In this document: positions 7,289 through 15,408 of the stretch, piece by piece
How positions within the stretch are numbered: the first letter of the stretch is position 1
How the letters are laid out: each line of letters begins with the position of its first letter
Source of the DNA: Ignicoccus pacificus DSM 13166
GTDB lineage: Archaea > Thermoproteota > Thermoprotei_A > Sulfolobales > Ignicoccaceae
Direction of reading: 5' to 3'
NCBI GenBank assembly: GCA_025340205.1
Contig: CP006868.1
Span: forward strand, 1,650,001-1,682,000
DNA: 32,000 bases
Program-made: the position numbers and the translations under genes
The notes under the pieces: generated by a model
Database searches by the model: none
The model's input: only the letters and a program-made list of their open reading frames with translations
Told to the model about the DNA's origin: nothing

Positions 7289-8278
7289 TTAAAGCGCTTC
7301 GCGCCCTGTTCTAAGAAGTCCTCCTCCAGCCCTTCTTAGTAGTACGTTGAAGTAGCGGTCACTAATTTCACATCTCCTATGAGCCAGTTTAAGGGGTAGA
7401 GGATATCCTTTTACTGAATAGTAAATTAGTATTTTAAAGATCTCTTCCATTTCGTCTTCGTTAACATTTCCTAGTACCTCAACTACGTAAACGCTACCTC
7501 TTTTACTGAACTTCATATACGATCTACTTATCGTTACTGTTTCTTGGGGGCTACACCCGACCTCGAGTTCTTGTATGAAGGGTTTTGTGAAACCAGGAGT
7601 CTTTGCTAACACATCTATTATCTCTATATCATATATCTCCGGATCGTTAAACACGGAATTATCCATAAACGATTTGCCCACGTAAACCGTCGGAACCTTG
7701 CGTGCAATCCTAGCTACTTCTTTGTACATCTCCTTTTTCCATCCACACTCAACTCTTATGGCTTCAGCTACGTCGTTAGTATTCCTTACTCTTACTAATA
7801 GTTCATCTAGAGTACCCTTGAAGGGAGTGCAACCATACGCGCTCAAGTCTGCGTGACACTTGCTAGCAACGCTGAACATGCCATCCATCATCATAAAGAA
7901 TGTTGGATTCGCTTCTGTAAAATCGGAATAGAGTTCTGCCTCTAGACCTTCCATGTACATAATAGTTCTCTCTCGCCAGAACTGAGGAAAACGTAATATT
8001 CCCATCTTTTCCTTTTTGGGAGTCTCTTCAGTAGAACCCTTGGGTATTTTGATTACTACGGCCCTAACGGCAAAGACAGTAGCCGCGTGAAGCTTCTTCC
8101 TGTTGACAGAGCCATCGATAGCAGCTACGGGTATACCATCAGACCTTTCTGTAATATCCATCGAGTTCCAGAGTTCGTTAAACTTATCCATGTATTCTTC
8201 GGCGAGCGTCCTTAACGCGTTTTGTGTAAGTATCGACCTCAATTCAATTGAATCTTTAATTAGACCTTGATAGACCAA
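7289..8278 (-). CDS. nurA: NurA-domain 5'-3' nuclease.
   Basis: NurA hallmarks: VAAIDGS (catalytic Asp motif), FFMMMDGMFS (second D-G motif), VGKSFMDNS, and the C-terminal GYPLPLKLAHRRCEIS (Y-P-x-x-L-x-x-A-H). 329 aa. Head-to-head with a HerA gene. Confidence 0.8.
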   Translation of the reverse strand: MVYQGLIKDSIELRSILTQNALRTLAEEYMDKFNELWNSMDITERSDGIPVAAIDGSVNRKKLHAATVFAVRAVVIKIPKGSTEETPKKEKMGILRFPQFWRERTIMYMEGLEAELYSDFTEANPTFFMMMDGMFSVASKCHADLSAYGCTPFKGTLDELLVRVRNTNDVAEAIRVECGWKKEMYKEVARIARKVPTVYVGKSFMDNSVFNDPEIYDIEIIDVLAKTPGFTKPFIQELEVGCSPQETVTISRSYMKFSKRGSVYVVEVLGNVNEDEMEEIFKILIYYSVKGYPLPLKLAHRRCEISDRYFNVLLRRAGGGLLRTGREAL

Positions 8279-8310
8279 TCCCGACCCCCCACATTAATAT
8301 CTCTTTGTAC

Positions 8311-8340
8311 TATGATAATACGCTCGGGCATGGTATTTAT
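8311..8340. promoter_or_regulatory. A/T-rich divergent promoter region between nurA and herA, with TATA-like elements TATGATAATA and GTATTTAT.
   Basis: The elements lie about 25-35 nt upstream of the nurA TTG (8278, minus strand) and of the herA in-frame ATG at 8369 (plus strand). The call is by spacing only. Confidence 0.35.
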
Positions 8341-8368
8341 GGAAACACAGTTCACTGAAAGTGTATAC

Positions 8369-10066
8369 ATGGAAGATGAGAGTGTAGGATATGTCGTTGG
8401 AGAGACTTCGACAACGCAAGTAGTCGCTAGATACGATGGTAAAGTCATTAGAGGAAAGTACGTTATAGTAAAAGGAGAGGACAAGTACCTACTAGGACTC
8501 ATCGAGGATGTTAGAAGCAGAAGTGATCTAATTGAGGATGGATTACATACCGAAGACATAAAGAGAATAGTTGAAGAGATAGGTATGGACGAGAAGGCGG
8601 TTTATGCCAAGATACGTTTGTTAGCCGAATTGGACGAACTCTTAAATGGAAAGATAGTCCCTCCGAGAACGGCCCCTCATCCCGGAGCAGAAGTACGCGT
8701 AGCTTCAGATGAGTTGTTGAGAAGGATCTTTACGAAGGATAACGATCCCAGATATATTCGTATAGGTACGTTAGCTGCACATCCTAATGTTCCGTTCTTC
8801 GTTAACTTAAATCAAATAGTTACGAGGCATTTAGCTATACTAGCGGTCACTGGAGCCGGAAAGAGTAACACCGTAACTGTTCTCTCAGAAAGAATTGCAC
8901 GAAAAGGAGGCATAGTCGTTATATTTGATATGCATGGAGAATATAGCAAGGCCACCGATGAGGAGCTAATAAATACAATAAAAGGTAAGATCAATCCTAA
9001 TAAAATAGATCACAGTAGTTTCGTTAGATTACTTAATCTTAGAGAAGCACCTAAGCAAGAGCTCTATATTAGGAACTTACTTAAAGCATGGAATGTGCTA
9101 TATCAAGGTAACTTCTATAAGGATCCCTCGGATATGCTAGACGCGCTAAGTGAGATGTTAGAGGAATTAATGGGTGGGAGCAAGTTACCTATAATAAAGG
9201 ATCCTTACTTAGTATCAAAGGCAGTTGATGAGGAGCTTAGGAAGAGTAAGACTATACACATGAAGCCTTTGAAGTTCTTGATAGGTTTCGTCAAGGGTAA
9301 TCTAGCTTCGGCGAGGTATAGCTTTTGCAAGGATCCGGAGAGATGTATGTCAGCTATGAGCGTTCTTGACGTTCCTGGTACTGACAAGAACTCGACATTA
9401 CCTTCATTGATGATTAAATTGGAGGATATGAAGGAGAGGTATAAGGAAATAATTGATTTTGCATTTAATGACATAATTGATAAAATAGAGAAAGGAAAAA
9501 TAAATGTTGTTGATCTCAGTACCGTGGATGAAGACGCAGCCGATGTTATAGTGAGCACTTTCCTAAAGAGGATACTATTTGAAAGAAAGAGATATGTTCA
9601 GAGCGGAGGAACAGAGGGCTTCAAGTACCCATTGCTGGTGGTCTTGGAAGAGGCTCACATCCTCGCTCCACGTGATAGGAGTACGAGTACCAAGCATTGG
9701 GCTGCTAGGGTAGCTAGGGAGGGAAGGAAGTTCGGGGTAGGGATATGCTTGGTTTCCCAGAGACCTAAGAACGTCGACCAAGATACCTTGAGTCAGGCCA
9801 ATAACATGATAATCTTAAGGTTAATCGAACCGAGTGATCAGAAGCACGTGCAAGCGAGCAGTGAATCGCTAAGCGACGACCTTCTCTCGCAACTTCCCTC
9901 TCTGGCAACCGGAGAAGGGGTGGTTCTGGGTCCAATGACTACGTTGCCGGCTTTGGTAAAGATAGATAAAGCAGAGAAGAAGGTAATTGGAGCAGATATA
10001 GATGTCGTCAAGGAGTGGCAGAACGAAGAGAGAGTGGAGGTAGAAGACATTTGGTCACAGCTGTAG
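8369..10066 (+). CDS. herA: HerA-family hexameric ATPase/helicase (FtsK-HerA superfamily).
   Basis: N-terminal HAS-barrel-like VGYVVGETSTTQVVARYDGKVIRGKYVIVKGEDKYLLGLIEDV. Walker A AVTGAGKSNT. Walker B LLVVLEEAH. The QRP motif (CLVSQRPKNVD). The track ORF begins at 8267, but that start would overlap the nurA 5' end. The ATG at 8369 fits the TATA spacing. Confidence 0.85.
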   Translation: MEDESVGYVVGETSTTQVVARYDGKVIRGKYVIVKGEDKYLLGLIEDVRSRSDLIEDGLHTEDIKRIVEEIGMDEKAVYAKIRLLAELDELLNGKIVPPRTAPHPGAEVRVASDELLRRIFTKDNDPRYIRIGTLAAHPNVPFFVNLNQIVTRHLAILAVTGAGKSNTVTVLSERIARKGGIVVIFDMHGEYSKATDEELINTIKGKINPNKIDHSSFVRLLNLREAPKQELYIRNLLKAWNVLYQGNFYKDPSDMLDALSEMLEELMGGSKLPIIKDPYLVSKAVDEELRKSKTIHMKPLKFLIGFVKGNLASARYSFCKDPERCMSAMSVLDVPGTDKNSTLPSLMIKLEDMKERYKEIIDFAFNDIIDKIEKGKINVVDLSTVDEDAADVIVSTFLKRILFERKRYVQSGGTEGFKYPLLVVLEEAHILAPRDRSTSTKHWAARVAREGRKFGVGICLVSQRPKNVDQDTLSQANNMIILRLIEPSDQKHVQASSESLSDDLLSQLPSLATGEGVVLGPMTTLPALVKIDKAEKKVIGADIDVVKEWQNEERVEVEDIWSQL

Positions 10067-10848
10067 GCTTGGGAGGAATCGGAGGTACCCTAATAGCCCT
10101 AGCTCATTCTCCAAAGGTAGATAGAGTCGTGGTCTTAAGATCATGCAAGAGACGCGACGTGAAACATGCTAAGAAAGTAGCTGATAGCGCCTTTTTGGTA
10201 AATCCCAGTACGATGATAAACAAGAAACCATCCTTAGAAGGTCAGTTAGCTTCCAAGGACTATGAAACGTATGTTGTCTGTCTAGATTCTCCATGGCCTA
10301 TGGTGTTGGAAAGCGTAGACGTAGTCGTCGAGGGAGATGTGGTAGCTGGAGATATGGCATGTTTATGCAGTCCCAAACCTCCTAGATGCTTTCCTTCATT
10401 TAAAGCCTTAGCTGCCTTGGGAGAGCGCGAGGGTGTCCTCGTTAGCTCGCTCCTAGGGAGACCCCCTGCAGACGCTAGCTGTGTTGCCGAAAGGTTAGAG
10501 AGAAACATCCACTGCTTCAAGGGTCGAAGAGTGCTATCCGGAAAACCTCTTGAGGATTACATCAGGTTATTGGATTATCTTTATGCCAAAGTTCCTAACA
10601 GTATGATAATAGAACTTCGAAAGGAGGTGCTAAAGGGTAAGCTGGAGATCCTCGAGTTCGATTACCCGTGCTTTTACGAGTTCTCGAGAGACGCCCAAGC
10701 CCTTAGACAAAAGGGTCCTAAAGACTTTCGTATAGGGATGAAACCTTGTAAAGGAGACCTTACCGAAGTGCTTAAGAGAATAGGAGTTGAGTTAGGAGGT
10801 GACGAGAGTTCCGCAGATTCCCTCCACTATAGCTCTTCTGACGTTTGA
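10015..10848 (+). CDS. Hypothetical Cys/Arg-rich protein with an N-terminal Rossmann-like GxGGxGG motif. It overlaps the herA 3' end and the pyrH 3' end.
   Basis: VTAVGLGGIGGTLIALAHSPKVDRVVVL resembles a dinucleotide- or ThiF-like nucleotide-binding loop, but the downstream acidic/SNL-RQ ThiF motifs are not visible. Possible starts are GTG 10015 or TTG 10051. The ORF overlaps convergent pyrH by 57 nt. Whether it is coding is not certain. Confidence 0.4.
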   Translation: MAERRESGGRRHLVTAVGLGGIGGTLIALAHSPKVDRVVVLRSCKRRDVKHAKKVADSAFLVNPSTMINKKPSLEGQLASKDYETYVVCLDSPWPMVLESVDVVVEGDVVAGDMACLCSPKPPRCFPSFKALAALGEREGVLVSSLLGRPPADASCVAERLERNIHCFKGRRVLSGKPLEDYIRLLDYLYAKVPNSMIIELRKEVLKGKLEILEFDYPCFYEFSRDAQALRQKGPKDFRIGMKPCKGDLTEVLKRIGVELGGDESSADSLHYSSSDV

Positions 10849-11466
10849 GGGATCTCCTCCGTAAACGACCGCTATGGGTATGTTACTCCTCTTCGCTATT
10901 TCTAGCGATAGAGCATCGAATAGTTCGTATCTGCCTGGCTCTTGTTTCCATCCAGAACTCTCTAAGATCCTTTTGACCTCGTCGTAACTAACCTTACTCA
11001 GCTTCTTCGCTCCAGGACTGTTGGGGGGTTCTGTGTATATTGCGTCAACCGTAGTAGCATTTACGACCATGTCGGCGTTCATGAGTTCTGCCAACACTAG
11101 GGAAACGGCATTCGTCGACTGGCCCGGCTGCATCCCGCCCGCTATTACTACCTTACCAGAACTCATTAGCTCTAAGACTTCATTGACACTCTTTGGTACT
11201 TTCTTTATTGCGTTCTTCACGTGAAGACTTAGAAGTAAGGCGTTCAACCTCGCTGCTTCTATACCTATGAAATCCTTGAGGGACTTAGACTCAGGTGCAT
11301 GTTCTATGTACTTCCTCGCAGTGGAACCGCCTCCTACGACCACGGCCATGTTATAGCCACGTTCATAAAGCTCATCAATAATCTTAGCGTATTCCTTGAC
11401 CAACGGTTCGTCAAGAGGGGAGATGAACTTACCAGAAATTTTTATTACTACCTTCTTCATCTCCAT
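10792..11466 (-). CDS. pyrH: Archaeal UMP kinase.
   Basis: Amino-acid-kinase fold motifs KISGK, VVVGGGSTAR and VIAGGMQPGQSTNAV. 224 aa, typical of archaeal PyrH. Confidence 0.85.
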   Translation of the reverse strand: MEMKKVVIKISGKFISPLDEPLVKEYAKIIDELYERGYNMAVVVGGGSTARKYIEHAPESKSLKDFIGIEAARLNALLLSLHVKNAIKKVPKSVNEVLELMSSGKVVIAGGMQPGQSTNAVSLVLAELMNADMVVNATTVDAIYTEPPNSPGAKKLSKVSYDEVKRILESSGWKQEPGRYELFDALSLEIAKRSNIPIAVVYGGDPSNVRRAIVEGICGTLVTS

Positions 11467-11471
11467 TACCT

Positions 11472-12194
11472 TTACTTCAGTCCTAGGTACAGCTTTCCTA
11501 TCTCTGGGTGTTCTAAGATCTCTCTAGCGGGTCCTGTATAGGCCACCTTGCCCGTCACAAGTACGTATCCCCTGTCGGCTATCTCTAGTCCCTTCCTGGC
11601 GTTTTGTTCTACCAATATTATAGTAACGCCGCTGTCTCTGATTTCCTTAATCTTGTTCAGTACTAGGTCCACGTACTTAGGAGAGAGCGCTGCCGTGGGC
11701 TCGTCGAGAAGCATTACCTTTGGCTTAGCCATTAACGCTCTGGCCATTGCTAACATCTGTCTCTCTCCTCCTGAGAGGCTTCCAGCTAGCTGCTTCAGCC
11801 TCCCTCTCAAGTCTGGGAATATGTCTAACACCTCCTCCATTCTTCTTTCTACTTCCTTCTTGTCTTTGATAGTGTAAGCTCCCATTTCCAAGTTCTCTTT
11901 TACAGTTAAGTTGGTGAAGACGTTGTTGGTCTGAGGCACATACCCCACTCCCATTTTACTTATCTTATCCAACCTCTCGTTGGTTATATCCTTACCTTCA
12001 TAATAGACCTTACCCTTGAGGACCCTGGCTATACCCAATATGGCTTTCAGCAAAGTACTCTTGCCGGACCCGTTTGGTCCTACTATGGTGACTATCTCTT
12101 GTCTTGTAACATAGAAGTCTATTCCGTGTAAGATTACCATCTTTCCGTAGCCCGCTACTAAGTCCTTTGTCTCAATTACCTTGTCAGTCATCAT
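11472..12194 (-). CDS. livF: Branched-chain amino acid-type ABC transporter ATPase (LivF-like).
   Basis: Walker A GPNGSGKST, signature LSGGERQ, Walker B MLLDEP. 240 aa. ATGA-type overlap with the upstream ATPase gene. Confidence 0.85.
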   Translation of the reverse strand: MMTDKVIETKDLVAGYGKMVILHGIDFYVTRQEIVTIVGPNGSGKSTLLKAILGIARVLKGKVYYEGKDITNERLDKISKMGVGYVPQTNNVFTNLTVKENLEMGAYTIKDKKEVERRMEEVLDIFPDLRGRLKQLAGSLSGGERQMLAMARALMAKPKVMLLDEPTAALSPKYVDLVLNKIKEIRDSGVTIILVEQNARKGLEIADRGYVLVTGKVAYTGPAREILEHPEIGKLYLGLK

Positions 12195-12967
12195 GCCTCA
12201 CCCAAGTATATCTCTACCACTACGGGGTTTTCAGATACTTCCTCCGGTGTACCTTCCGCGACTATTCTTCCCCTATGCATGACGTAAACGTAGTCCACGT
12301 AGTCGAAGAGTATGTCTAATCTGTGTTCTATGATTAGCATGCTCATCCCTCTCTCATCTCTTAGATGCCTCAAGAACTTGAATATCTCGTGAGCCAAGGT
12401 AGGGTTAACTCCGGCAGCTGGCTCGTCCAAGAGTAACATCTTGGGATCGCTCATCAATCCTCTGGCCAGCTCTACCAGCTTCATCTGTCCTCCGCTTATC
12501 GCTGAGGAGAGGTTTTTGGCGATGTGTAGTATCTTCAATAGTTTCATAGTATCCACAGCCTTGTTTGCTATACCCAACTCAGCTCTCTTCCATATAGACC
12601 TAATCAAAGACTTGGCGTAGCTTTCACCAGGGTTGTTCCTAGCCGCAGTTAGTACGTTCTCGTATACCGTCATACCCTTGAACATTCTTGGGATTTGGAA
12701 AGTTCTTACTAATCCTAGGTGATATATCTTTTCTGGAGGCATCCCGGTTATGTCGTGACCATCGAAGTATACCTTACCTCTATCTGGCTTATAGACTCCA
12801 GCTATAACGTTGAAGAGCGTCGTCTTCCCAGAGCCGTTTGGTCCTATCAGCGCAGTCATTGTACCTCTTCTAACCCCCATTACTACGTCATCTAGTGCCA
12901 CTATACCGCCGAAAGTTTTCCTTACGTGTTCAACCTTCAGTATGTAATCCTCACTCATTTTCCTCAC
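12191..12967 (-). CDS. livG: Branched-chain amino acid-type ABC transporter ATPase (LivG-like).
   Basis: Walker A GPNGSGKTT, signature ISGGQMK, Walker B LLLDEPAAG. 258 aa. Confidence 0.85.
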   Translation of the reverse strand: MRKMSEDYILKVEHVRKTFGGIVALDDVVMGVRRGTMTALIGPNGSGKTTLFNVIAGVYKPDRGKVYFDGHDITGMPPEKIYHLGLVRTFQIPRMFKGMTVYENVLTAARNNPGESYAKSLIRSIWKRAELGIANKAVDTMKLLKILHIAKNLSSAISGGQMKLVELARGLMSDPKMLLLDEPAAGVNPTLAHEIFKFLRHLRDERGMSMLIIEHRLDILFDYVDYVYVMHRGRIVAEGTPEEVSENPVVVEIYLGEA

Positions 12968-13994
12968 CTCCTTCTCCTTCTTTTAGGTAGTCTATCTCCT
13001 TCGGGGCCCTTTCCTCTAGGACCCTCCATGCGGGAGTTCGGACGGGCTTCTCTGGCACTAATCCTTGTGGTCTGAACATCAGGAACAGTATGATTAGCAG
13101 ACCCACTAGCATCGCTTGGAAGTAGTTGGGCTCTAGAGGTAAGTGTATGTAGTCCTTAGCTATTTGTGTTAATCTGTTTATTAGTATCACTATCGCTGTG
13201 CCGAGTACCACTCCCGCGTTGTTAGCCATTCCTCCTATGATTACCATAACCCAAATTAGGAATGTTACTAATGGTAAGAAGGTATCTGGGTTCAGATAGA
13301 GGAAGTAGAACGCGTAAAGCGCTCCGGCCAAGCCGGCTAAGGCGCTCCCGAGTGTTAGTGCCAGTAGCTTGTAACGATAGGTAAACTTTCCGATGCTCTT
13401 CGAGGCCAACTCGTCATCTCTTATACTCTTCAATACTCTTCCTAGAGGAGAGTTGCCCCACCTCTCTAGCAGTATGTAAGTGAAGAAGAACAAGACTACG
13501 GAAAGTCCTACGTATGCTATGGTTCTCTCAAACGTGTTGGTAATGAAGTCGAACGGCGGTTTTATTCCTCTAAGTCCGAATACTCCTCCCCACACGCTGT
13601 TGGTTGGCGTGTTTCTGAGTAGAATTCTTATCATCTCTCCAATGATTATGGTTGACATGCCTAGGTAATCTTCCCTTAGCTTTACAGTAGGTATTGCTAT
13701 GAAGGCACCTACTGCGGCGGCAGCTATGGCAGCGGCAATTAGGCAGAGAGGGAAGGGCACGCCGTATGCAGCAGAGAGAACTCCAGCAGTGTACGCTCCT
13801 ACCGCTATGAAGCCTACCTTTCCGAAGTTGCTCAGGCCGGCGTAGCCGTACTCTAAGTTCAAGCTTAGTGCCGCTATGGCATAAAACGCTAAGAAGAATA
13901 TCAGGTCTAACGTGTAGCTTACGTTCACTGCCGCGAACGCGGCGATTATACCGGCGACAATTATTCCCAAGATCAAACCGGTCTTATCCACCAT
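12951..13994 (-). CDS. livM: ABC transporter permease (LivM-like, BPD_transp_2 family).
   Basis: 347 aa and polytopic. It sits between the LivH-like and LivG-like genes in the canonical livH-M-G-F order. Confidence 0.8.
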   Translation of the reverse strand: MVDKTGLILGIIVAGIIAAFAAVNVSYTLDLIFFLAFYAIAALSLNLEYGYAGLSNFGKVGFIAVGAYTAGVLSAAYGVPFPLCLIAAAIAAAAVGAFIAIPTVKLREDYLGMSTIIIGEMIRILLRNTPTNSVWGGVFGLRGIKPPFDFITNTFERTIAYVGLSVVLFFFTYILLERWGNSPLGRVLKSIRDDELASKSIGKFTYRYKLLALTLGSALAGLAGALYAFYFLYLNPDTFLPLVTFLIWVMVIIGGMANNAGVVLGTAIVILINRLTQIAKDYIHLPLEPNYFQAMLVGLLIILFLMFRPQGLVPEKPVRTPAWRVLEERAPKEIDYLKEGEGGEENE

Positions 13995-14005
13995 GGCTCC
14001 TCACC

Positions 14006-15337
14006 TCACGCCTTTCTCGTCTTAATTCCGGCTAGACCCTCTGGCTTGAGATACAGTACTAACAGGAAGACGGAGAACGGAATCATAAACCTGTATCCGG
14101 TGTACTGGGGGTTGATCGCCGCTAAGACGCTAACTCCGAACTGCTCTGCAAAGGCTAGTATGTAGCTCGCCGCGAACGTTCCCCAGAAGCTACCTAATCC
14201 TCCCAGTACCGCTACGGCGAACGCGTTTAGTAGGATCATCCATCCCAGCTCTGGATATATCTGGGTCTGAATGGCCCAGAATAGACCACCTATTCCAGCT
14301 AAGGCTCCGGCTACCAGCCACGCCAAGTTTACCACGCTGTCGACGTCTATTCCACAAGCGGCTGCCAGCACTGGGTTGTTAGCTACGGCCCTCCATGCTT
14401 TTCCTATTTTCGTCTTCTTGAACAGTAATGTCATTCCAATTATTACAGCTAGTACCGTTAGAGTGCTCCATATGTACAAGTCGGTGAACGACAGTACAGG
14501 TTGAGGGAACTTAAACATGACGTCTAGCGCATTCAGCTTGGTGAACGCTATGCCTCCAGCTCCTATCTTTATTGCTGGAATATATTCGGAGGCAAATGAA
14601 GCGGTTGTGTTAGCTATGACTAAAGTTCCGTTTATTATCCATGCTTGGAAGTTGCTTAACTGTACTCCGAAGTTCTGATAGGTTATCTCTTGTTTGAAGT
14701 ACTGTCTGCTGTACCAAGTCATCTCATATAGAGCATACCTTATGAATAGGGCTACGCCGATGCTGGCAACCATCAGCTGTACTAGGCTAGCTCCTCTGTT
14801 TGATAGAGGTTTGTAGACTAGCACGTGAGAGAGTAGCGAGACTACAGCGCTCGCCAACATGGCCTCGATGGTAGCTTCCCATAAGTTAGCGCCAGTGTAG
14901 CAAGCGAAGAGCACTACTGCACCCATCACTAGGAGCGCAGGACCCAAGACCATTAACGTCGAGTTCTTTGTTTTTAAGTATGCTAAAGTTAAGATTATTC
15001 CAGATACTACGCCCACTAGGCCCACTTGGACTGCGAAGCCGTTGGGCGCTCCGCTGAGGACCGCGAAGTTGTAAAGCAAATAGGCAGCATAAGCACCTAC
15101 GGTCGCTACGTCACCATGGGCGAAGTTTGCGAACTTAGCTACGGTGAATGTCATAGTGATACCGACGGCAATCAAGAAGTATAGATTTCCTAGAAGCAAA
15201 GTGTCAATAAAGATTTGTGGTATTTGTGGTGTTACTTTGGACCAAACGCTGGGACCCAGCGCTTGGTAGACGTATGCGGCGAGAACGACGACTATGGCCA
15301 GTCCTATCAACAACTTGGCGCGCGAGCTCAAGTGCAT
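14006..15337 (-). CDS. livH: ABC transporter permease (LivH-like), unusually long.
   Basis: Polytopic, with the conserved KIGKAWRAVANNPVLAAACGIDVD loop. The ATG at 15337 fits the TATATA box at 15371-15376. The track ORF extends to a TTG at 15355. Confidence 0.8.
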   Translation of the reverse strand: MHLSSRAKLLIGLAIVVVLAAYVYQALGPSVWSKVTPQIPQIFIDTLLLGNLYFLIAVGITMTFTVAKFANFAHGDVATVGAYAAYLLYNFAVLSGAPNGFAVQVGLVGVVSGIILTLAYLKTKNSTLMVLGPALLVMGAVVLFACYTGANLWEATIEAMLASAVVSLLSHVLVYKPLSNRGASLVQLMVASIGVALFIRYALYEMTWYSRQYFKQEITYQNFGVQLSNFQAWIINGTLVIANTTASFASEYIPAIKIGAGGIAFTKLNALDVMFKFPQPVLSFTDLYIWSTLTVLAVIIGMTLLFKKTKIGKAWRAVANNPVLAAACGIDVDSVVNLAWLVAGALAGIGGLFWAIQTQIYPELGWMILLNAFAVAVLGGLGSFWGTFAASYILAFAEQFGVSVLAAINPQYTGYRFMIPFSVFLLVLYLKPEGLAGIKTRKA

Positions 15338-15370
15338 TATACGGGCCCCTAGCAAGCCAAGGGGCGTAAG

Positions 15371-15376
15371 TATATA
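15371..15376 (-). promoter_or_regulatory. TATA box candidate for the liv operon.
   Basis: TATATA lies about 35 nt upstream of the livH ATG at 15337. The predicted TSS is near 15347, giving a short leader. Confidence 0.4.
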
Positions 15377-15408
15377 GCGTAATCGCAGTATATGCTTGGA
15401 ATAAGTGG

